Positions 11,786 through 21,800 of a stretch of 64,000 nt of DNA are shown here, in pieces (the stretch's first letter is position 1; every line of letters starts with the position of its first letter). This stretch comes from Tubiluchus corallicola. Taxonomy: Eukaryota; Animalia; Priapulida. The notes under the pieces were generated by a model, which did no database searches, had not been told where the DNA came from, and was given only the letters and a program-made list of their open reading frames with translations. The position numbers and the translations under genes are program-made. Location of the stretch: NCBI GenBank assembly GCA_030141605.1, contig JAQGDQ010000677.1:45652-109651 (forward strand). Direction: 5' to 3'.

Positions 11786-14700
11786 AGTGAAGCACCTTTG
11801 TCTGAGTTCAGTGCAGTGCGCAGTTCTATAAAGCTGCGTTCACACTCTTCATTCCAGTCAACGTGTACAGGTGCATTTTTCTCAAGCAGTGCATACAAGG
11901 GTACCGCAATAGGACTAAACATCGTTTCGACATGTCCTACAACTGGCGTAGGATTTGTTAGAGTAATACGATGTTGAACTAATTCAGTGCGACCGGGAAG
12001 ATCGGTGAACATCTCTGAAAATTCTGCAAGTACTGCTGCCAACTGACTGATCTGTTCATCATTGAGATGAGAATCATATGCTACATCATTGAGAGACTGG
12101 GCGGGTGAGGCAGAAGGCGGGAATGCATATTCAGGAAGTTTCAATGAAAACTCATTTTCCTCCTGCTCATCCACCTTCACATCACCACTACCAACTTCAG
12201 ACAAAACACTGTCTAGTGACGTTGTACTAAATTCCTCACACTTTGCAAACAAAACCATGTGCTCGTCGCGTTCAACAAATGGTTTCAACATGTCGATATG
12301 ATATGTTCTTGTATGGCGTTTGCGTGCACTTTTGCCTCCTAAATGTATTTTATATGTCCAATCAGACAATTTATCAACAACTGTAAAGGGGCCACGATAG
12401 CGCTTTTGCATTTTGCTTTTACCTTCAGGCATTAAAACAAGAACTTTTTGCCCTGCTTCAAGCGAGCGTTCTGAAGTGGTTTTATCATACCACTTTTTCT
12501 GTGATATTTTAGCTTTTTGCAAAGCTTCATGGGCATCAGCAGTTGACTCTTCTACAGTGTTAATTATGCGAGTCACGTAATCATCAATTTCCTCCCACTT
12601 AGGAGCTTCTACAGAGCCCCAACGTTCCTTTAGGGCAGCCAAAGGCCCACGCACGGGAAAACCATAAATTAACTGAAATGGAGCATACCCAGTGGATTCT
12701 TGGGGTACTTCCCGGAAAGCAAATAAAATAAACGGAATAGTTTCATCCCAGGGTAAATGTTTCTCATTTTGCATGACTTTTAAAATGCAGGATTTTAATG
12801 AGCCATTAAATCTCTCAGTTAACCCATTCCCCTGTGGGCTATATGGGGAAGTGAAAATTCCCTTTACACCCAAGGCCTGTTCTAAATCATGGATTAACTG
12901 TGATGTGAATTGAGTACCTCTGTCGGTTAAAATCTCACGCGGGATGCCATGTCGACATATGTATTGCAATAAAGCTTTAACAACAGTAGTGGTTTCAATA
13001 TTTGGCAGCGGGTAGCAATCGGGGTACCTCGTAGCATGATCTATTATTACTAACGCGTACTTATTCCCCGAGGGTGTTCTCTTCATAGGCCCAATAATAT
13101 CCACGGCTATAGTTCGAAATGCAATCGAAGGTATGGACAATGGTTTTAATTTTGCTTTATCAGAACGTTTAATTCTCGCCGTTTTCTGACATGGGACACA
13201 CGAGCGGCAATATTGTATCACTGAACGTTTAGCTCTAGGCCAAATACATTCTTGTAAAACACGTTGGGTAGTTTTACGTATGCCCAGGTGACCAGCCATG
13301 TGCGCATCATGTGCCAAAGATAAGACTGCCAAACGTCTAGACTTGGGTACAACCAAAAGTTCGCGGGGTTCAGCATCGCGCTTTTCACGTGTCAGGTAAT
13401 ATAAAACCCCATCTTTAATGAAGTAACCCTTTCTTTGGGCTCGAGCTGCTGTTTCTGTGACTGCGTGATCACGTAAATTGCGCAAACTAACATCATCGCG
13501 CTGTTCTTGCTGCAATTGTTCTTTACTAAGCTGTGACAGCTGCTGTTGCTGTGCTTTAGTATCTACGCCAGATGCAACATTTTTTTCCGCTTTTTGATCA
13601 GCGTTTAAACTACTTAGTAATTTTTTCTCACTGTTAGCTTCTGCTTGTAGCTGCTTTGCTTTTGATCGAGTTGCTGCAAAAGCTTTTTTCGAATTACCAG
13701 CTTGTTTCGCAACATTTGTATTTCCACTCACAAATTCATCAGAATAATGTGACGTATCTGAATTTTCAGGTGTGATACATTCTAAATCAACTGACTTAGG
13801 TGGTGTACTAAAACTCTGTTTAATGTTAAATGGTGTCACAGCAGTTCGGTAATCATTACCTAGCAAAAAGGGCACAGGAAGACTATCAGACACTGCCACT
13901 CTCAATCTACCATTAACTAGCGTACATTCCACCTCAACAACAGCTATACGTGTATTTTTAACATCGCCATGCACACACCAAATTTTGGTATAATTTTCAC
14001 TTTGTAGAAACTGTTCTGGACGGACATAACGTGGTTGGATCAAACTCACGCTAGCACCAGAATCTCTTATACCATCGATCCAGATACCATTAATTTTAGC
14101 TTTAAAGCTAAACTCATCAGACTCAGGCACACACTCAGGCTTAGCCGCAGGTGAACTGGAAGAGTGACTGGATTGGTGACCAGTATTTCCTGTCTTGGCC
14201 AAGAATTGACGACTAGGATTTCTACTCTTGCCACTAGTTTCACCATAATTAGGGCGTTTCGGGCACTGGGTCCTTTTGTGTCCAAGTTCTCCGCAAGTAT
14301 AACAGCGTATCCTCTTCATGACGTCATTGTTCATCTTTTTTCCAGAACCATTTGAAAAAACTGCCGGCCTAGAATTTCCACGCTGTTGTTGCATTTGTTT
14401 AAGTTTTGAAGCTGTACCTAATGCATTAGAAGCAATGTACAAATCAGCTTTCTCTGCCACCTTTTCCATTGTCTTCTGCCCTTGCTGCCTGACCCAAATG
14501 CTCATTTCACGGGGCATCAACGTAAGGGCCTGCTCAATACATAGCAGTTCACAAACGTTCTCAAAGGTGGACGCTTCTTCGGCTTTCAGCCATTCTTGCA
14601 GGGCACGATCAAGCCGTACAAAAAGCTGACGGAATGTTTCATCCGGTCTCCGAGTAATCTTGCGGAAACGCTCAAGATACATGTCATTGGAGAGGACATA

Positions 14701-15540
14701 GGCAGCTAACAAAGTCTTCTTTACAACATTGTAATCTTGCATGCTGTCAAGTGGTACTTGTTGAAAAGCCTGGGCTGCTTTTCCGGATAAAGCTGGGCCC
14801 AGCGATGCAGCAAAGTGTTTCTCTTCAAGGCCATTAGCTTTGGCTACTGCTTCAAACCACTGTAAGAAAGTATGCAGATCATCGGTTCCCTCTGTAAAAA
14901 CACGTGATAACTTTACACGGGGTATTCGAGATGCGGTTGTAGTAAGTATGCCATCAGGTGATTGAGGAGGAACCTGTGTCACGTGACTTGGAGATGAGGC
15001 ATCCAGCTCACGAAGCTTCAACTCAAACTGATACTGCTCTTTCTGCATTCGTTCTCTGCGTTCCTCACGCTCACGTTCCCATTCTCTCTCTTCACGTTGC
15101 ATACGTTCACGCCTTTCTTCACGTTTCTGTTCCCGTTCCCATTCACGCTCTTTCTCGCGCTCTACCAACTTTAACTTTTCAATGTTGTAAAGGGGTACTG
15201 AACGTTCTGTCATCTCATCATTCGCAGGTTTACTATTAATAGCAGAATGCAAGGTAAGGTCGGCAGGAGGGGGAGTTGCTAACAGTTGATCAGACACACG
15301 TCTGCGCCCACTCATCTGCGCAACAGACACACTCGGTGTGCTTGACACACCTCCAACTTCTTTCGGTCTAACACTAGGTTCACCTGTCGTCACAGGGTTA
15401 CCCTGTGCATTCATGACTATATCAATTATTCCGGCCTTATTTGCACCCTGTGGTAAAGTTAGCCCACGTTCAACAGTTATCTGCTTTAAGACAGGTACAG
15501 TAAGTTGCTGCAATTCACTCTCCACGTAAACGCGTGACAT
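11752..15540 (-). CDS. Gag-protease-integrase-(truncated RT) polyprotein
   Basis: SCAN-like capsid (ERFRK...LCIEQAL...WVRQQ...ADLY), CYTCGELGHKRTQC knuckle, IRDSGAS protease, HDAHMAGH...CRSCVPC, AVDIIGP/TDRGTQF/NGLTERFN catalytic core, RGPF; RT N-terminus fused straight to the thumb. Confidence 0.93.
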   Translation of the reverse strand: MSRVYVESELQQLTVPVLKQITVERGLTLPQGANKAGIIDIVMNAQGNPVTTGEPSVRPKEVGGVSSTPSVSVAQMSGRRRVSDQLLATPPPADLTLHSAINSKPANDEMTERSVPLYNIEKLKLVEREKEREWEREQKREERRERMQREEREWEREREERRERMQKEQYQFELKLRELDASSPSHVTQVPPQSPDGILTTTASRIPRVKLSRVFTEGTDDLHTFLQWFEAVAKANGLEEKHFAASLGPALSGKAAQAFQQVPLDSMQDYNVVKKTLLAAYVLSNDMYLERFRKITRRPDETFRQLFVRLDRALQEWLKAEEASTFENVCELLCIEQALTLMPREMSIWVRQQGQKTMEKVAEKADLYIASNALGTASKLKQMQQQRGNSRPAVFSNGSGKKMNNDVMKRIRCYTCGELGHKRTQCPKRPNYGETSGKSRNPSRQFLAKTGNTGHQSSHSSSSPAAKPECVPESDEFSFKAKINGIWIDGIRDSGASVSLIQPRYVRPEQFLQSENYTKIWCVHGDVKNTRIAVVEVECTLVNGRLRVAVSDSLPVPFLLGNDYRTAVTPFNIKQSFSTPPKSVDLECITPENSDTSHYSDEFVSGNTNVAKQAGNSKKAFAATRSKAKQLQAEANSEKKLLSSLNADQKAEKNVASGVDTKAQQQQLSQLSKEQLQQEQRDDVSLRNLRDHAVTETAARAQRKGYFIKDGVLYYLTREKRDAEPRELLVVPKSRRLAVLSLAHDAHMAGHLGIRKTTQRVLQECIWPRAKRSVIQYCRSCVPCQKTARIKRSDKAKLKPLSIPSIAFRTIAVDIIGPMKRTPSGNKYALVIIDHATRYPDCYPLPNIETTTVVKALLQYICRHGIPREILTDRGTQFTSQLIHDLEQALGVKGIFTSPYSPQGNGLTERFNGSLKSCILKVMQNEKHLPWDETIPFILFAFREVPQESTGYAPFQLIYGFPVRGPLAALKERWGSVEAPKWEEIDDYVTRIINTVEESTADAHEALQKAKISQKKWYDKTTSERSLEAGQKVLVLMPEGKSKMQKRYRGPFTVVDKLSDWTYKIHLGGKSARKRHTRTYHIDMLKPFVERDEHMVLFAKCEEFSTTSLDSVLSEVGSGDVKVDEQEENEFSLKLPEYAFPPSASPAQSLNDVAYDSHLNDEQISQLAAVLAEFSEMFTDLPGRTELVQHRITLTNPTPVVGHVETMFSPIAVPLYALLEKNAPVHVDWNEECERSFIELRTALNSDKGASLTHLIFRRNSF

Positions 15541-16078
15541 TCTAATCACAGGATAATATAGGACAAATAGTAGTTACAGTGAAAAAACTTTATGCTTGCA
15601 GAATATTTATAGATCTATCATTCAACTGACACACACTGGCTCAACGCATACAAACATACAAAAATACTGTATAGTAGGGTAATGTACGTGCAAATCAAAC
15701 AAAGTAGCAAACTAGGAATATACAAAATCTAGGCCAAGACTTTTGACTAGCCTGCAACGAAATAACGGTTTCACTAACATTTGAAACGTTTACAGTGCAA
15801 TCAAGGTCAAATCGGCATTCAAGTCGGCATACACCTGGAATTATAGCGTTTACTAAATCTGCAGGAAACCTATTTAAATCATGGACAAAACACATTCAAC
15901 TGAGTAATCAATAAATTCACTCAACGGAAGATGCTATGTTCTTTCGAAATGCTTTTGCCCAAAGATTCCCCCAGAAAATTAGCTATGTAACTAATTACCT
16001 GAAAGTAAATATCATTAAATTCTCAAAATGCTGACAAAGAATTTTATTCATACCGAGTTACACCAAATAAAGTCAAAA

Positions 16079-16096
16079 ATCCCACTTCTGACACCA
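16079..16096 (-). other. Primer-binding site complementary to tRNA-Leu 3' end
   Basis: TGGTGTCAGAAGTGGGAT, 3 nt downstream of the 5' LTR; complement of ...ATCCCACTTCTGACACCA. Confidence 0.9.
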
Positions 16097-16099
16097 TAA

Positions 16100-17092
16100 T
16101 GTGACGATGTAGTCCAAGTTCCGTTATTGTAAATATGTGGTTCGTGACTTAAGTGTAACCCTTAGGTAAAGAATAAAACACTTAGTCGAAAACACTGTGA
16201 AGAAACCACTGAATTAATAAAATAATATAACAATTTAATGAATGTTTCAAAACACATTACAAGACAAATGTTAATAATAAAGATTAAGCCGGCTAAGAAG
16301 AGAAAGAACAACGTAATGTTTTTCACCAGTGCAGTCTTGGCATCATCAAGCGACTATTCTCCTGCTCCTATTCCGCGTCATCTCCTCACCAGGGGCTTGA
16401 TCGAGGAATGGTGCACCATAGAACGGTTGACTACACTACCTCTTCATGGATCTGATTACGTGAACGACGTCTCCAAACTTTGACGACTCCTGATGTACAC
16501 GCCTCCACTAATACGACGCCAAAATGGGGTAGCATCCAAGCTCCTGCACTCGTCGCAAGGTAAGGATTACCAATTTTGTAATCAGCATGGAAGCACCAAC
16601 GACAGTATCATCAACGTCAGGTAAATACGAGTAAGTATCATCAGCAGCAGATATCATCGACAACTGGTAAGTGATGTATCATTATCATCAGCGTCAGGAA
16701 AATGTAATCAGCAATAGGTAAGTATCATCGCTAGAATGCAACTATCGTCTCTGTCGTAACCAGGTAGACAGATAGCTTTTCTACAAGCAAGCACCGTTAC
16801 TACTAAACCATCATTTCATAACCTGAGAACGTCCGCTTAACTCGACAACTTAAAGCGGAATACCAGGGCGAACTGAACAGCCAAAATTTCGTCTACGTGG
16901 CTTCAATCACATGATATAGTAGTAATGCATAAACAGTATCATTGAATGTACAGGTGAAATCTGATTTCAGAACAGGTTGGCTTCTGTCATTATACCGTTA
17001 AACATCTTAACTAAAGTTCTTTTATAAATGGTGGAATTATAACAGTAGGAACTAGTTACATAACCTGGCCTAAAATAAGCCTGAGCGTCACA
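16100..17092 (-). repeat. 5' LTR (993 bp)
   Basis: Direct repeat of 9834-10801, net 25 bp longer through three indels. Confidence 0.95.
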
Positions 17093-17247
17093 GGGGTCAT
17101 TAAAAAATTACCAAGCGATTTGCAATCAAACATAAATGCCTATTATAAAAAAGAAAAAGAAAAATATTACAAATTTATATTAATAATTGTATTTATTATG
17201 TAATAATTGTATATTAAAATATTACTCATTTTATAGTATTTTAGCAC

Positions 17248-17307
17248 ATCTCTCTCTCTCTATGTCTGTCTCTCTCTCTCCCTCCCCCACTCTCTCTCTC
17301 CCTCCCT

Positions 17308-17345
<38 letters not shown>

Positions 17346-17476
17346 ATTCTCTCCCTCCCCTGCTCTCTCTATCTCCCTCTCTTTCCCTCCACCGTGCTCT
17401 CTATCTCTCTCTCTTTCCCACTCTGTGTGCGTGCGTGCGTGCGTGCGTGTGTGTGTGTGTGCGTGCCTGTGTGTGT
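17248..17476. repeat. (CT)n and (GT/GCGT)n microsatellites
   Basis: Direct reading. Confidence 0.9.
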
Positions 17477-17513
17477 AAAAGCAAATTTAAATTAAATTAT
17501 TTTCATTTTTGTG

Positions 17514-17663
17514 CTAAAGTTTACAATTCCACACACAAGAAATAAATTCGTCAAACGGATTAGAGCTATGGTTAGGATTAGAATTAGGGCTGGGGCTAGA
17601 ATAAGGATTAGGGTTGGGTTAAGATTAGGGTGTTTAAACTGTGTGTGGGGAATTGTAAACTCC
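17514..17663 (+). mobile_element. MITE/Helentron-like element with short TTAGGG-like core (copy 1)
   Basis: Inverted ends gtttacaattccacacaca / tgtgtggggaattgtaaac enclosing ttaggg variants. Confidence 0.75.
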
Positions 17664-18594
17664 TTTCACTTTTTGTAATATACTTGCCGATTGAGAAAAG
17701 TTGAATATCATAATTATGTCAGGATAGCTGTTTTGGCTATGAGCATAATGTGGTAGTCCAGCCTAACAGCTAACCTGCAAATTTCGTTGATAAAAGTCAA
17801 TTTTCCCATCTCAGCGTAACAGCGCCTATAAATTAAAGAACAAAAACAAGATAATGCATTCTTTTTTCTTTCCTGGTGTTAACAATGGTACGTTTGTTCG
17901 TTTCCATTCCGTGGACAATATGTAGTGCTAAACCACCATCGTTCGATTTCTGTGAATTTGAAAATTCATTTTGCATTTTTTCGTTCAATTTGTGCCGCCT
18001 CTGTGTTAAAGCTTTTTGTAGCCATACTTGCTTGAAAATCGGAAACATGCCTGTCAGACGATCGATTGTAACCGCAAAAACCTAGCCCTAATACAGTAAG
18101 TAAGTTTATTAGTTTATCACCATTTTTAAAATAGCAAAATACATAACTAAGAGATTTATAAATCTGTACAACATACAAATAATTGCAAAGTGCAAAAGTA
18201 ATTATTGATTAGTGGTGAAAGGGTGGCGAGAGAACTATAAGTTATCGAGGTCAGCCACCCTCTCAGGATTGTTACTAATATAATTAATTAGTTAATGCGC
18301 ATGTACCAGGTAATAAAAAATGATCAGATTTTGCATTTAAGACGAATGAAAATTGAATTATTATACGAATGCGTTACTTTATAATAAAATAATGTTCAAC
18401 AATGGGAAAACGAGACACACGTGACTATCTTTAAATAATAATTTAACCTTTACGTATTTAAAATTAATATTAATATTTAATATACATGTATATAGTAATA
18501 TCATGCTGTGAAATTTCAACTTTCTAGGAAGCTCGCTTCTAATGTTATTGAAGGGTAAACTGAATTTGTTTTTGTGTTTTTTGTAAATATCTGT

Positions 18595-18632
18595 TATTAT
18601 GTAGTTGTTGTTGTTATTACTGTTACTGTTAC

Positions 18633-18665
<33 letters not shown>

Positions 18666-18821
18666 CATCATCATCATCATTATCATTATCGTTATCATTT
18701 TCATTATCCTTGTTATTATTATTATCATTATCATTATTATTATTACCATTATTATTATTATTATCATTATCATTATTATTATTACCATTATTATTATTAT
18801 TATCATTATTATTATTATTAT
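18595..18821. repeat. (ATT)n/(ATC)n microsatellite
   Basis: Direct reading. Confidence 0.95.
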
Positions 18822-18871
18822 AACTAGGTGGCTGGCTTATCTGATGATTTTAACAAAAGAATTAAGCTGAT

Positions 18872-21800
18872 ATGCTGATATGGGCTAACTGTACAATGTG
18901 GAAACATGGAAGTGTATTTCCTTTGCTCTGGAGCAGATTCGTGTTGTGGATGATGTGGATTTTAGTTACCAATGCCATTCCAAGCTTCTGGAAGGTTAAG
19001 TTCCCAACTAAAATAGTAACTCTCTATTCAGATAAGCACGCAAGTGGAACAATGAGTGTTACAGCATCTGAAAATATGTCTATCGTTTCTAGTCCTGTAT
19101 TTTACGACGATGCTGGTACAAATTTATACCCGTCGGAGATATGCATTACGAAAGACAAGGATAAACATTTAGTTTTCGAAATAAGAGCTATACACTTGAG
19201 CTGTGGCGAAGATTTCTTAATAATTGGCATTGGAAATTCTTCCAAGTTTTCTTACAAAAATGAAGATGGGGACGAACTGAAACTGTGTGAACCCTTGATA
19301 GCATCAACAGTTCTAGCAAAAAATTCACAAAATAAACTGTGTGTTAAGTTTGAATCAGATGGAATGAGGTCGAATCACACAGGATTTGAACTATTAATTC
19401 ACGCGGTTAAACTGCCCACAATGTGCACACAGGTCACCTGTGAAAATAATTATGTCTGCGAACACAGAGGGGAATTATTTGTAAATTCATACGCGTACTG
19501 TCCATGCAATGTCTTCTCCGGATTTTACGGTTTGCGCTGTGAAGAGAAGAGGAATCCGTGTTTTTCAATACCTTGCCAAAATTTTGGAACTTGTCGAGAG
19601 ACCATTAACGGTTATGGATGTGAGTGCCCGTGGGGTTATGTAGGTAACGATTGTAGCAAAAGAGACTTCTGTTTTGATGTTAGTTGTGCCAATGGTGGAA
19701 CTTGCATCGAGATTCCGGATAAGAAATCATACGAGTGCAACTGTTTGGCCAGTTGGATTGGAAAACATTGCGAATTATTTGATTCCTGTTCGTCCAATCC
19801 GTGTGAAAATGGAGCTAAGTGCATTAATGGAGTCAATGGATACGTATGCAAATGTCCACCGCAATATATCGGAACTAATTGTGAGGAAGTTGACGAGTGT
19901 TGGTCCAGCCCTTGCCAGAATAGAGCCATCTGCGTCGATGGCAATAATGAGTACACGTGCCAATGTGAAGAAAAATACACCGGAGTTAATTGTCAGACAG
20001 TTAATGAATGCTGGTCCAACCCTTGTCTGAACGATGGCACTTGCATTGATGGATCTTACGAGTACACATGTAGATGTGCACCAAGCTACAGTGGAATTAA
20101 TTGCGAGTTATCAAATTTTAAGCCATGTTCGTCAGATCCTTGTCAAAATGGTGGCATATGTGTTGACGGGTTAAGTAACTATGTGTGCATGTGTACACCG
20201 TCATACACTGGAACTAACTGCGAGGTTGCTGATGTGTGCTTTTCCGGTCCTTGTCAAAATGGTGCTACTTGTTTTAATGAAGTAAATGGTTATACATGCA
20301 CATGCACACCAAAATACACTGGAATTAATTGTGAATCAGTTAATGAATGCTGGACTAATCCTTGTCAAAATGGCGGCACTTGTGTTGATGGAGTAAATAA
20401 TTACGCGTGTAAGTGTTCAGAAAAGTACAGTGGAATTGACTGTGAATCAATTAATGAATGTTGGTCCAATCCTTGTCAAAATGGTGCTACTTGTGTTGAT
20501 GGAATTGACAATTATACTTGCACATGTACAGCAAAATACACTGGAACCAACTGCCAGTCTGAATTTGCCGCTGGGTGCAGTTCCAACCCTTGCCAGAATA
20601 ATGCTACTTGTATTGATGGAGTAAATGAATATACCTGCTTGTGTTCGCAAAAGTATAGTGGAATTAACTGTGAATCAGTTACTGAATGCTGGTCCAACCC
20701 TTGTCAGAATGGTGCTACTTGTGTTGACGGAGTAGGTGAATATAACTGCACGTGTTCAGAAAAGTACAGTGGAATTAACTGTGAATCGATTAATGAATGC
20801 TGGTCCAATCCTTGCCGCAATGGAGCTACTTGTGTTGATGGATTTAACAATTATACATGTAAATGTACAGCAAATTACACGGGAACCAATTGTCAATCTG
20901 AATTTGCTACTGGATGCATTACAAATCCTTGTCAGAATGGCGCTACTTGTATTGATGGAGTAAATGGGTATACATGCGCGTGCGCACAACAATACACTGG
21001 AACAACGTGTGAGGTTATTAATGAATGCTGGTCAAACCCGTGTCAAAATGGTGCTACTTGTGTGGATGGGGCCAGTAACTACACATGCAAGTGTGCAGCA
21101 ACATACAGCGGAGCAAACTGTGAGATAGGTATTTGGCTGAGAAAGAAAGAATCATTAATTCGTATTAAGGATAATAACGAATGCTCACTCAATCCATGTG
21201 AAAATGATGCTACTTGCATCGATGAAGTTAATAATTATACATGCGTGTGTGCACAAAAATACACCGGTACAAAATGTGAGTCGATTAATGAATGCTGGTC
21301 AAACCCGTGTCAAAATGGTGCTACTTGTGTAGATGGAGCAAATAACTACACATGCAAGTGTGAAGCAAAATACAGCGGAACAAACTGTGAGTTAGTTAAT
21401 GAATGCTGGTCAAACCCTTGTCAAAATGGTGCTACTTGTTTAGATGGAGCAAATAACTACGCATGCAAGTGTGAAGCAAAATACAGCGGAACAAATTGTG
21501 AGTTAGTTAATGAATGCTGGTCAAACCCTTGTCAAAATGATGCGACTTGTTTAGATGGATTAAATGGGTATTCATGCGTGTGTGCACAAAAATACACTGG
21601 AACAACATGTGAGGTGATTAATGAATGCTGGTCAAACCCGTGTCAAAATGGTGCAACTTGTTTAGATGGAGCAAATAGCTACACATGCAAGTGCGCAGCA
21701 AAATACAGTGGAACAAACTGTGAGTTAGTTAATGAATGCTGGTCAAACCCTTGTCAAAATAATGCAACTTGTATCGATGGACTCGATAACTACACATGCA

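Larger units (their letters stand above)
9834..17092 (-). mobile_element. Gmr1-like Ty3/Gypsy LTR retrotransposon (integrase upstream of RT), defective
   Basis: Two ~1-kb LTRs with TGTGACG...CGTCACA inverted ends, tRNA-Leu PBS, gag-PR-IN-RT-RH domain order. Confidence 0.95.
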
